NCBI GenBank assembly: GCA_041751535.1
Contig: JBGSXJ010000083.1
Span: forward strand, 1 to 61,679
Origin: Aquaticitalea sp.
GTDB lineage: Bacteria; Bacteroidota; Bacteroidia; Flavobacteriales; Flavobacteriaceae
Direction: 5' to 3'
Length of the DNA: 61,679 bases
Below are positions 30,880 through 40,044 of this stretch, one piece after another. The notes under the pieces are model-generated. The model saw only the letters and a program-made list of their open reading frames with translations. It was not told the DNA's origin and did not search any database. The position numbers and the translations under genes are program-made. Within the stretch, counting starts at the first letter, position 1. Every line of letters begins with the position of its first letter.

Positions 30880-31288
30880 AGGTTGTTAGATTAAGGGGGT
30901 GTAAATATAATTATTTCTTTTTAACGTATACAATATCAGTGCCATATGATACGCTTTTTCGATGAACGGTTAAGAGCTATTTTATATACATCTGAAAATC
31001 AAATAGTTGACAATTAACTATTTTTTAATTATTTACGTAAATAGACGCCCAATAGTTTTGAATAGTGATTTATTTTTAAAAATATTGATGCTACATATCT
31101 GTGAGAACCTTCCAAATACAGGTATTCCAAGCCTTTTCGGATTTCAGCGCCTTATTCAAACAAGGCTATATATAATATAATAAGCTGAATTTTTCAGAAC
31201 TCAATAATGCTAAATAAATAATAGTGAGAATGATTATTCATTAAGACATACTCTAGATGTTGATTCAAATTAAGCCAATCAATCCAAC

Positions 31289-32200
31289 TTATTTATATTC
31301 TGCAATCAGTAGTTTGTGATCGGAATTTTTGTAGGAGAACTTTTGTAGACTTAAAGGCTGGTATCTTTTGGATAGCCATATTTGATCGATTTCGATTAAT
31401 GGGAGAGGTATAGGCCAGGTGTATGTCATACCAATACTATATGGATGGAAACTGTTGAAGTTGGTTTTGTATTCCGTAAAAAATACACTTTCGTAGGGCG
31501 TATTAAAATCACCTATCAAGACATCAACTTCGTGCATTTCTATAAAGTCGTGAATGATGTTTAATGGAATTTCTTTGTTCAATAATGGACTGGCATAAAT
31601 ATCGACCAAAACGATACGTATTTGTTTCTTATTGATGGTTGCCGTAATGTAGTTAAGTCTATAAACTTCGGCTTCAGCCTCATAAACCACGTCATTAATA
31701 CTGCCTTTAACGGCAATGAGCATGGTACCATAAAGAATCTTGAATTCGTATCCGGGAAATGACGCTTTTAAGATGTCCAAATCGCTTTTAGAGACCTTGA
31801 AGGCTTCACCCAATGCAACGATTTCTGGACTGTTTGCATTGATATGCTTTATTATGATGTCCGTTGGGAGCGGTTGACTTTGTGCGACATTCCAAAAAAG
31901 GATGTGAGAGTTATCTGCTTGAGAACTTTCTTTCTTTGCCATCCCGAAGTTATGCATAAAGAAATAGATGGCCATGCCAATCAAAAGAAATATCAAACCC
32001 ATTATAACAAGCTTATGCTTTTTAAACACGATTATTAATATGAATCCGAATAACCAAAGGATTGGTAGCGGTAAGGCATAAAATACGGTACTCAAGCCAT
32101 GGAACCGATCTTTTATTACAAAATGCACCAACACAAAAAACAGATAAGCTAAAAGCAATAACCAATTAAAATTCGGTATGTGTCTTGTCTTTATTGCCAT
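31289..32200 (-). CDS. Membrane-anchored endonuclease/exonuclease/phosphatase family protein
   Basis: Three N-terminal TMs; FWNV, IVALGE, GDFNTP, TWP, IDQIW, SDH catalytic motifs; alternative start 32218. Confidence 0.85.
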   Translation of the reverse strand: MAIKTRHIPNFNWLLLLAYLFFVLVHFVIKDRFHGLSTVFYALPLPILWLFGFILIIVFKKHKLVIMGLIFLLIGMAIYFFMHNFGMAKKESSQADNSHILFWNVAQSQPLPTDIIIKHINANSPEIVALGEAFKVSKSDLDILKASFPGYEFKILYGTMLIAVKGSINDVVYEAEAEVYRLNYITATINKKQIRIVLVDIYASPLLNKEIPLNIIHDFIEMHEVDVLIGDFNTPYESVFFTEYKTNFNSFHPYSIGMTYTWPIPLPLIEIDQIWLSKRYQPLSLQKFSYKNSDHKLLIAEYK

Positions 32201-32204
32201 CCTA

Positions 32205-33065
32205 CTAATGAAACCCAATTTTGGTAATAATTAAACCCATAAATCCTATGGAAAGGATGATATAAAGGGTTCTGAATTTTCGACTTTCGGTAAGCCAGAT
32301 GCCACAAATTGTCAACAGCGTCAAAAATCCACTTTCTAAACGTGTGAAAAATATGCCAAGAATCAAAATGATGAACAAGAAATGACTAATTCTATGTTTA
32401 GGGTTCCAAATAAAGACCATGGCTATTACCAATTCTAGGGCAATGGTAAGCCAAGCAAAAAGGTGGCTGATGATATCAAGGTTAGGCAATACAGGTTGTA
32501 GTGTGATGCTTTTTAAAGTGTTGGGATTTGTTTGTTCTAACTCTCTAATTTGACTAGCGTTGCTTGCAATGATTTCTTGAATGTCGGGTGTGAAGTTGAG
32601 GATGAGCTTAAAGAATTTACCGGTATTCATCATTAAATAAAAAAAATCGCCCGAAATGAATGCTGGGGAAACCATTTTCTGAATGGCTGAAAACATTAAA
32701 ACGATAACCACAATCCATTTGATGTTTACATTAAAATTCTCCCAATTTCGGTTTTTATTATATATGATAAGAAGCATAATCATGTATACAAGCAAAAAAT
32801 GATGATTGGCCTTTAAAAAATATTTTAAAGTTAATTCTGTGATAAAGATGCCCAATAATACACTCCATAGCACTAATTGATTCATCTTGTTCATAAAGAC
32901 TAAAACAAGAACAATGCTCAAGAGCATCAAGGCAAGTTGTATTTGTAGTGGGTTAATATTAGAACTTATTAGATAAATCAATGAGAAGATGAGTAATAAG
33001 ATCGCTCCCGTACTAGTTCTATCTGCAGGCCATTTATTGAATTCGATTTCGCTAAGGAATTTCAT
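32205..33065 (-). CDS. HTTM/vitamin-K-dependent carboxylase-like membrane protein
   Basis: Multi-TM; ANHHFL and MFSAIQKM....F.SG match the HTTM NH and YF.AG..K...W..G blocks; later W.T...EL. Confidence 0.6.
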   Translation of the reverse strand: MKFLSEIEFNKWPADRTSTGAILLLIFSLIYLISSNINPLQIQLALMLLSIVLVLVFMNKMNQLVLWSVLLGIFITELTLKYFLKANHHFLLVYMIMLLIIYNKNRNWENFNVNIKWIVVIVLMFSAIQKMVSPAFISGDFFYLMMNTGKFFKLILNFTPDIQEIIASNASQIRELEQTNPNTLKSITLQPVLPNLDIISHLFAWLTIALELVIAMVFIWNPKHRISHFLFIILILGIFFTRLESGFLTLLTICGIWLTESRKFRTLYIILSIGFMGLIITKIGFH

Positions 33066-33466
33066 GGTTTAACGTAGTGAAATTCGTTGATCAACTCACG
33101 GGAATACCTTGCTTTTTTCGTATCAAGGAGAGGTCTCCACACTTGAACGGTTATGGTGCTGTCCAAGGAATGGCTGGCTATCAATTGAGCCAGTTCTTTT
33201 AGATTGGCTGTATTTGGTATTCGTTTTAATGTTCTTACTTTATTTGCAATGTCTGTATCCGATTTTTTTATGGAATCAAGTTGCATATCAAGGTTATTTA
33301 CGATCACTTCGTTGAAATTAAAATGCATTTCAGAATACATTCCAAATCCGCCACCTTTCCAACGCGTTAGGTTGTGTTCACTCACCATGAATAATTGCAC
33401 AGCGATAATAAGAAGAGCTACTAGTGGAACAGAGTATTTAAGGAGGAATCCATTCTTTTTTGCCAT
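33062..33466 (-). CDS. Single-TM hypothetical protein, partner of the HTTM-like gene
   Basis: N-terminal TM then LTRWKGGGFGMYSE and V.VWR; ATGA overlap with the next gene. Confidence 0.75.
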   Translation of the reverse strand: MAKKNGFLLKYSVPLVALLIIAVQLFMVSEHNLTRWKGGGFGMYSEMHFNFNEVIVNNLDMQLDSIKKSDTDIANKVRTLKRIPNTANLKELAQLIASHSLDSTITVQVWRPLLDTKKARYSRELINEFHYVKP

Positions 33467-33567
33467 AGGGATTGCTAGTGATTTTGCGAATTAATAAACA
33501 CTAAAATAAGGAAATTTGTTAGACAAATCGAAATCACATATCTATAGCTTATCTAATATTAACTACC

Positions 33568-35604
33568 TCAATTAAAATAACTAAAAATCAATTGATACAG
33601 TCGCTCTCTGGTGAAAGGCTTAGTGATGAAGTTGTTCATGCCGCTTTCTAAAGACCTCACGACGGCATCTGGAGTGACATTGGCCGACAGCCCAAAAATA
33701 ATGATATCTGTATCATACTTTCGGATGCGTTTGGTGGCTTCATATCCATCCATCACAGGCATGTGTATGTCCATCAAAACGAGATGGTATTTTTCGTTTT
33801 TCAACTTGCTAACGGCGACCTTACCGTTATCAGCCACCTCTACGGACATCTTCATATCCTCAAGTAATTTTTTGAGAACAATGACATTAATCTTATTGTC
33901 ATCGACTATGAGTACTTTTAGATGTGAAAGATCTACATATTCAAATGTTTCACTAATTGGTTCTTGATTTTGGTTTTCAGCAATCTTAAACATCACCGAT
34001 ACCGTAAACACAGAACCTTCGTTAACGGCACTTTCCACCTTTATGGAGCCTCCCAAAAGTTTTGCCAAATCTTTACTGATTGCCAACCCAAGTCCATTGC
34101 CTTCATGCTGTTTTTTAAGGCTATTGTCTATTTGCACAAAACGTTTAAAGATGTTTTTTAGATTGCTTTTTGAAATTCCTATACCCGAATCCTTAATCTC
34201 TATCTTAACCTTCAAATAGGTATCCACTATTTCTTCATGGTAGGAAATGGTAACACCACCAGCAACTGTAAACTTCAAGGCATTCTTGATAAGGTTGGTA
34301 AGTATCTGCAGTAGTTTATTTTGATCCCCAATTACATACGTCCCATGCGCTGTCGTAAAATTGGTCTCTAAATACAAATTCTTTTCTTGGAACGGTAATT
34401 TGAAAATGCTAATTACGTCCAATACTTTCTTGGATGGGTTGAAGTACTTCTCTTGCATCTCTATGGCGCCCGACTCGATTTTGTCAATCATAAGGATGTC
34501 ATTTACGATAGAAAGAAGATTGCTAGATGATTTATCCATTAAGTCCATATACATTCTATCATCTTCCTTAAGTTCGCTCTGTTTTAAGACATTGATGAAG
34601 CCGAGAATGGCATGTAAGGGTGTGCGTATTTCATGGCTCATGTTGGAAAGAAAGTCTGTTTTGGCCTTTGAGGCTTTTTCAGCCCTGTTACGTTCTCTAT
34701 TGAGAGTTTGGTTGAGTTTCGATAATTTTTGATTCGATTCTAAAGTTAATTGTGTTTCTTTCTTTGCCTTTAGGTTAAAGTAAATGAGCGAGCTGACAAG
34801 TAAGGATAGCAGAATTCCGACAATTAGGGCAAAATTGATAATGGTGACTCTTTCCGTATATAAAAGTTGTTCTGTTGGGTATATATGTAGGCTCCAATTC
34901 TGATCGCCAAAATACTCATTCACCAAGACGTCGTTGTACTGCAAATTTGGTGAGGAACTTACTCTTGTATGAGGATTATGCTCATAAAATAAAGTGCCTT
35001 TCTCATCTCGCAGTTCGATACTAAAATTAACTAAATGATTGGTAAACCTGTCAAAGTTTTTCCTAAAGTCCATTCCCGCCGTGATAGTACCTTGAAAACG
35101 CTGGTCATAGTATACAGGGACATCCACCAAAAAAGCTTTGCCTCCTTGGGTTAAATTTGCCCATTGGGTAATATTGGTCGTACTATCGAGGCTGTGTTTG
35201 ATCCAGTCGTCTTTACGATATTCAATATTTCTGATGTTCAGGTTTATGGCTTCTTCATTACCTTTTTTTGGGTAGACATTCTTAATGACCATTGAGCTAT
35301 CGATCCATTCTAAAAATAAGAACGAGGAGTTTTGCGTTAAGAGCATTTCAGCATCTTTTTCCCAATGAGTAAAATAATCTCCTTCTGTGAATTCAAGACG
35401 CTTTTTAAGATTTTCCAATCGGGCAACATCGCTTTTCACAATGATTTGAAACTCCTGCATAGCAAAAGTGGCTATCTTATGGAATTGTTCCTGTACAAGA
35501 TTGTCGTGCCGCTTAATGGATTCTTGCCATATCAGAAAAACAAAACTGCTCAACAATATAAATGCCAATATGGGGAATAGGTAAATACTCTTTTTATATT
35601 GCAT
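33568..35604 (-). CDS. Hybrid sensor histidine kinase/response regulator
   Basis: Two TMs around a periplasmic sensor; FLSNMSHEIRTPL, NLIKNALKFT, DSGIG, G.GLGLAI; REC with DDN, LMDIHMP.MDG, KPF. Confidence 0.95.
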   Translation of the reverse strand: MQYKKSIYLFPILAFILLSSFVFLIWQESIKRHDNLVQEQFHKIATFAMQEFQIIVKSDVARLENLKKRLEFTEGDYFTHWEKDAEMLLTQNSSFLFLEWIDSSMVIKNVYPKKGNEEAINLNIRNIEYRKDDWIKHSLDSTTNITQWANLTQGGKAFLVDVPVYYDQRFQGTITAGMDFRKNFDRFTNHLVNFSIELRDEKGTLFYEHNPHTRVSSSPNLQYNDVLVNEYFGDQNWSLHIYPTEQLLYTERVTIINFALIVGILLSLLVSSLIYFNLKAKKETQLTLESNQKLSKLNQTLNRERNRAEKASKAKTDFLSNMSHEIRTPLHAILGFINVLKQSELKEDDRMYMDLMDKSSSNLLSIVNDILMIDKIESGAIEMQEKYFNPSKKVLDVISIFKLPFQEKNLYLETNFTTAHGTYVIGDQNKLLQILTNLIKNALKFTVAGGVTISYHEEIVDTYLKVKIEIKDSGIGISKSNLKNIFKRFVQIDNSLKKQHEGNGLGLAISKDLAKLLGGSIKVESAVNEGSVFTVSVMFKIAENQNQEPISETFEYVDLSHLKVLIVDDNKINVIVLKKLLEDMKMSVEVADNGKVAVSKLKNEKYHLVLMDIHMPVMDGYEATKRIRKYDTDIIIFGLSANVTPDAVVRSLESGMNNFITKPFTRERLYQLIFSYFN

Positions 35605-35670
35605 GGATAGCTATAATTGGGGGTTATAGATCTCAATATAAGTCATAAACTTAATTGATTATTGTATTTC

Positions 35671-35871
35671 TTACATCATTTTTACCAATAACACATCTTG
35701 AGTTTTTTCTACTTTGGCAAGCCCGTTCTTTGTTAGTGATTTAATAGTGGCATCCCATTTCTTATTGCTCAATCCCGATTGTTCTTTTAAAGCGTTCAAA
35801 AGGATAGGTGAATGAGATTTCAAAATGGCGAAGACTGCTTTTCCTTCATCGGGCAAAGCTACGGATTTTTT
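35671..35871 (-). pseudogene. Orphan 3' end of lysS (displaced C-terminal domain)
   Basis: KKSVALPDEGKAVF..LK.QSGLSNKKWD..IK.LT..G.AKV aligns without gaps to the LysRS tail at 37214-37385 (26/56 aa identical by hand); no ATG start. Confidence 0.85.
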
Positions 35872-36037
35872 TTTGTTTCAATCAAAGGTTAAAAATTCAA
35901 AATAATTTAAGTCAGCTAAATAGTCTGGTGTTTGGAGTCGTTGTTATTATTATAAAACCAGTTGTTTAAAAATGCGAAAGATATTTGCTCTAATTTCAGA
36001 TTTAAAAAAGTTGTTTAATGAAATTCACAATTTTTGA

Positions 36038-36973
36038 TTAAATACTATCCCAAAATTCAGGACTTTGTTGATCCAAATCTAAAGCATCGTTATAATATGG
36101 GTTATCTGTTATATGGGCTGGTTCATAATCAGGATAACCATGACCGTAAAACTTTCCTTCAGATTTTCCTTCAGTTTTTTCTATATAAACTTCATGTTTT
36201 CTGATATTGTCAGAATTAGCATTTAAACCGGTAATGAATTCTTTAATAATTTCTAATGAATTATCGTTTTTTGATAACCAATCATGAGAATATAATTTAA
36301 CAAAATTGAAGGCGAAAATAAAACTGTTATTAGATTTATTATTAAAAGAAAGTAGAAACGCATTTTTTTCATTTTTATTTAGAGAAATGATTCTTTTTCT
36401 TTTATTCATGAACATTTTAAATTGATTTAAACTGCAAGGACAAGAAGGGTTTTTTAAAAAAGAATCAAACAATAAATCTAAACCAAATTGATTAGTTTCT
36501 TCTAATCTTCTTCCGATATTATAGTTTAATCTAGGATGGTTATTAATGTTTTTAGCATTTAAAAAGGAATCAATTGCCAAATCTTTTTTTCCCAGTCTGA
36601 ATAAGATCTTGCCTTTAATGTAATGACCATATTCATCATTTTTTATTTCAAGATATTTATCAATTGAATCAAGAGCTATTTCAAATTTGTTCTCTAGAGG
36701 TAAATCTACAAAACATAAAACGTACGCTTTAGAAAACAAAAATTCCAAATTGAAATTGTTAGTATTAAATAAGTATTCGATAAAGTCTTTAGTTGGTTTA
36801 TCTAACTCACTGTACCAACCACTACAATCGCATGTTATGAAATCTAATCCTTCTTTAAAAAATTGATATGCTACTTTTTCTTCCTTAATTAAGAAGAAAG
36901 ACAAACCTTTCTTAAGAAAATAATTACCTAGTTTTTCTTGATTCTTTCTCAAAATCAAATTTTGACTTTCCAT
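36038..36973 (-). CDS. AT-rich TPR-containing hypothetical protein
   Basis: TPR (GHYIKGKILFRLGKKDLAIDSF..A); acidic aromatic tail DNPYYNDALDLDQQSPEFWDSI. Confidence 0.75.
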   Translation of the reverse strand: MESQNLILRKNQEKLGNYFLKKGLSFFLIKEEKVAYQFFKEGLDFITCDCSGWYSELDKPTKDFIEYLFNTNNFNLEFLFSKAYVLCFVDLPLENKFEIALDSIDKYLEIKNDEYGHYIKGKILFRLGKKDLAIDSFLNAKNINNHPRLNYNIGRRLEETNQFGLDLLFDSFLKNPSCPCSLNQFKMFMNKRKRIISLNKNEKNAFLLSFNNKSNNSFIFAFNFVKLYSHDWLSKNDNSLEIIKEFITGLNANSDNIRKHEVYIEKTEGKSEGKFYGHGYPDYEPAHITDNPYYNDALDLDQQSPEFWDSI

Positions 36974-37131
36974 TAAATATTTATTTTAAGCCGACATTTC
37001 CTTTTTAGTTTTGAGGATATTAATTTTAATCTCAAATTATTAATTTAAAGTTAGTAAATTTATTTAATAAATTTGTTTTCAAAACAGCTATGATTTAATA
37101 TCTTGAATAGAATATAGTTGGATTCATTGAT

Positions 37132-37165
37132 AAAAAAAAGGAATTACAATTAAGTAATTCCTTTT
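37132..37165 (-). terminator. lysS terminator (within the islet)
   Basis: AAAAGGAATTAC/GTAATTCCTTTT perfect inverted repeat with an A8 run on the left. Confidence 0.8.
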
Positions 37166-37213
37166 ATACGTTAGAAGTATATTTATTTTGTAAGGTTTCA
37201 ATAGATAGAGCCT

Positions 37214-38932
37214 TTAGATGTTCAATTCAACAATTAGTTTGTTTTCGATTGAAGTAACTTTTGCTGCTCCTTCTGAAGTCAATAATTTTATAGCTTTATC
37301 CCATTTCTTATTACTCAATCGTGAGTCAGATTTCAGTTGCTCTATACCAATAGATTTGACCTTCTGTAATAGATCAAAAACGGCTTTAGCATCAGGATTT
37401 TCACTAATGTTTTTTGATAAATTAACAATTTTAAATTTAGGCAGTGGTCTCATTTGTGGGAAAAACAAGACTTCTTGGATGGACTCGTTGTTGGTCAAGA
37501 ACATAATAAGGCGGTCCATGCCAATTCCCATCCCTGATGTTGGTGGCATACCGTATTCTAAAGCTCTTAAAAAGTCATAATCGATGACACCTGTAGCTTC
37601 ATCATCTCCTTTTTGAGCGAGCTCCATTTGATGTTCAAAACGCTCGCGTTGATCAATAGGGTCGTTTAATTCTGAATAGGCATTGGCTATTTCCTTACCA
37701 CATACCATCAATTCAAAACGTTCGGTCAATTCAGGATTTTCGCGATGCTCTTTGCATAACGGGCTCATCTCTTTGGGATAGTCGGTAATAAAAGTTGGTT
37801 GGATGTAGTTGCCTTCACATTTTTCGCCAAATATTTCATCGATCAGCTTGCCTTTCCCCATGGTATCATCAACTGGAATTCCCATGCCTTTGGCAGCGTT
37901 TCGTATCTCTTCTTCCGTTTTACCAAGAATATCAAAACCTGTAAATTCTTTAATGGAATCGGCCATCGTAACTCTCGAATAAGGAGCCTTAAAGTCAATG
38001 TGATGTTGGCCAAAAGTGGCTTGGGTTGTACCGTTTACAGATGTTGCACAATGTTCCAATAATTGCTCACAGAACGCCATCATCCAGTTGTAATCTTTGT
38101 AAGCTACATAGATTTCCATGGCAGTAAACTCCGGATTGTGCGTTCGGTCCATTCCTTCATTACGGAAGTTTTTGGAGAACTCATACACCCCATCAAAACC
38201 ACCAACGATGAGTCTCTTTAAGTATAATTCATTGGCAATCCTCATAAAAAGAGGCATGTCCAAACTATTGTGATGGGTCACAAACGGACGTGCCGCTGCA
38301 CCGCCAGCAATCGGTTGCAATACAGGTGTTTCCACTTCAAAATATCCTGCATCATTAAAAAACTGACGCATGGCGTTGAATAGTTTAGTTCGTTTAACAA
38401 ACACCTCCTTGACATTTGGATTGACTACCAAATCTGCGTAGCGCTGTCTATAGCGTTGTTCAGGATCAGTAAAGGCGTCGTGCACAATACCGTCCTTTTC
38501 TTTTGGTAATGGCAATGGTTTTAGGGATTTGCTCAATAAAGTAAAATCCTTGACTTTCACTGTTTTTTCACCTACTTGTGTAGTGAACAATTCACCTTCC
38601 ACACCAATAAAATCGCCAAAATCCAACAGTTTTTTAAAAACTTCATTGTATTTCGTTTTGTCTTCACCAGTACAGATTTCGTCCCTGTTGAAATACACTT
38701 GTATTCTTCCTTCAGAATCTTGCACTTGTGCAAAACTTGCTTTTCCTTGAACTCTCATCGACATTAAACGTCCTGCAATGACTACCTTTTTGCCTTCCTC
38801 AAATTGTTCTTTTACCTGCTTTGATGTATGATCTACAGGGTATAAGTCAGCTGGGTAGGGGTTGATGCCCAATTCACGTAGTTTTACTAGTTTCTCCCTT
38901 CGTATGAGTTCTTGTTCTGAAAGCTGTGACAT
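37214..38932 (-). CDS. lysS: Lysine--tRNA ligase (class II) with extra C-terminal domain
   Basis: RYRQRY.DL, GGAAARPF.THHN, RIANELYLKRL.VGG, FRNEGMD.THNPEFT, YGMPPT.G.GIGMDRL, FPQMRP; start moved to MSQLSEQ. Confidence 0.98.
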   Translation of the reverse strand: MSQLSEQELIRREKLVKLRELGINPYPADLYPVDHTSKQVKEQFEEGKKVVIAGRLMSMRVQGKASFAQVQDSEGRIQVYFNRDEICTGEDKTKYNEVFKKLLDFGDFIGVEGELFTTQVGEKTVKVKDFTLLSKSLKPLPLPKEKDGIVHDAFTDPEQRYRQRYADLVVNPNVKEVFVKRTKLFNAMRQFFNDAGYFEVETPVLQPIAGGAAARPFVTHHNSLDMPLFMRIANELYLKRLIVGGFDGVYEFSKNFRNEGMDRTHNPEFTAMEIYVAYKDYNWMMAFCEQLLEHCATSVNGTTQATFGQHHIDFKAPYSRVTMADSIKEFTGFDILGKTEEEIRNAAKGMGIPVDDTMGKGKLIDEIFGEKCEGNYIQPTFITDYPKEMSPLCKEHRENPELTERFELMVCGKEIANAYSELNDPIDQRERFEHQMELAQKGDDEATGVIDYDFLRALEYGMPPTSGMGIGMDRLIMFLTNNESIQEVLFFPQMRPLPKFKIVNLSKNISENPDAKAVFDLLQKVKSIGIEQLKSDSRLSNKKWDKAIKLLTSEGAAKVTSIENKLIVELNI

Positions 38933-38956
38933 AAGTTGTTTTGGATTTAAAACGCG

Positions 38957-38964
38957 CAAAGATA
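38957..38964 (-). promoter_or_regulatory. -7 promoter element of lysS
   Basis: TATCTTTG ending 24 nt upstream of the ATG. Confidence 0.7.
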
Positions 38965-39072
38965 ATCACTATAAACAAGGATTTCAATATTATACGAGTA
39001 AAAGTTAATCTTGTAACAAAGTGCTCCTAATAACGTCCTATCAGGACATCAATCATCAAAACAATCAACATT

Positions 39073-39231
39073 ATGAGTATCTGGAGAGTATTGCTTTCAA
39101 TCTTTTGCCCTCCCATTGCAGTTATAGACAAGGGTTGTGGCTCAATTGTTATCGTCTTTTTATTGTGGCTTTGTGGCTGGGTCCCTGGCGTTATTGCTGC
39201 GTTGGTCATCTTAAATAATCCGAAGAATTAG
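39073..39231 (+). CDS. YqaE/Pmp3 family small membrane protein (52 aa; not in the ORF track)
   Basis: MSIWRVLLSIFCPPIAVIDKGCGSIVIVFLLWLCGWVPGVIAALVILNNPKN; PP.AV and GW.PGVI.A signatures. Confidence 0.92.
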   Translation: MSIWRVLLSIFCPPIAVIDKGCGSIVIVFLLWLCGWVPGVIAALVILNNPKN

Positions 39232-39318
39232 TGTTGAAGTACCATGAATGATCTTCAGTTCTGAACCTAATTCTGATCAGTCCTCTTAACTCTTCAAAAT
39301 ATTGTAATTTTGCAGTCT

Positions 39319-40035
39319 ATGAACAAAAGGATTGAACTTCAAGATTTAGGATATAAGGATTACAAGGACACTTGGGACTATCAGGAAACCTTGTTTAAAA
39401 GCATTGTAGACAGAAAAATAAAGAATCGGCGCGAAGGTGGTGATGAAGAAACCCGCAATTATTTCCTGTTTGTAGAGCATCCGCATGTCTATACCTTGGG
39501 GAAAAGTGGAGATATGTCCAATTTGCTTTTAAATGAACAACAACTCACTCAAAAAGGTGCCACGTTTTATAAAATTAATCGTGGTGGGGATATTACCTAT
39601 CACGGTCCTGGGCAGATAGTGGGTTACCCCATTCTCGATTTGGAAAATTTTTTTACCGACATCCACAAATATCTTCGGTTGTTGGAGGAAGTTATCATTC
39701 TCACACTCGTCGACTACGGATTAAAGGCAGAACGCAGTCCAGGTGAAACAGGTGTTTGGCTCGGAGTCGGTACTCCCTTCGCACGAAAAATATGTGCCAT
39801 GGGTGTCAGAGCTAGCAGATGGGTAACCATGCATGGATTTGCACTAAATGTCAATGCCGATCTGGGCTATTTTGACAATATAATTCCCTGCGGTATACGG
39901 GGAAAAGCTGTGACATCCTTGCATGTAGAGTTAGGTGGCGAGCACGTTGATGAAGGTGAAGTAAAGTCGAAGTTACTTCATCATTTTGAAGAACTCTTTG
40001 AAGCCGAGCTCAAAAGTAAATCGCTTTTATTCTAA
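39319..40035 (+). CDS. lipB: Lipoyl(octanoyl) transferase
   Basis: EHPHVYTLGK, RGGDITYHGPGQ.VGYPI, KICAMG, TMHGFALNV, IIPCGI; TAATTTTG promoter element at 39305-39312 supports the ATG at 39319. Confidence 0.97.
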   Translation: MNKRIELQDLGYKDYKDTWDYQETLFKSIVDRKIKNRREGGDEETRNYFLFVEHPHVYTLGKSGDMSNLLLNEQQLTQKGATFYKINRGGDITYHGPGQIVGYPILDLENFFTDIHKYLRLLEEVIILTLVDYGLKAERSPGETGVWLGVGTPFARKICAMGVRASRWVTMHGFALNVNADLGYFDNIIPCGIRGKAVTSLHVELGGEHVDEGEVKSKLLHHFEELFEAELKSKSLLF

Positions 40036-40044
40036 TGTGTTTTC

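Larger units (their letters stand above)
35872..37445 (-). mobile_element. AT-rich islet inserted in the 3' end of lysS (no integrase)
   Basis: Bounded by two versions of the lysS tail; visibly more AT-rich than the lysS body; single cargo gene; edges approximate. Confidence 0.6.

Noticed and set aside
35671-35856. 61-aa ORF as an independent small gene
   Set aside because: Its start is an internal TTG, and similarity to the LysRS tail context extends upstream (KKSVAL), so it is better explained as a displaced lysS end
39021-39218. 65-aa plus and 60-aa minus ORFs between lysS and lipB
   Set aside because: The real gene is the YqaE/Pmp3 frame at 39073-39231
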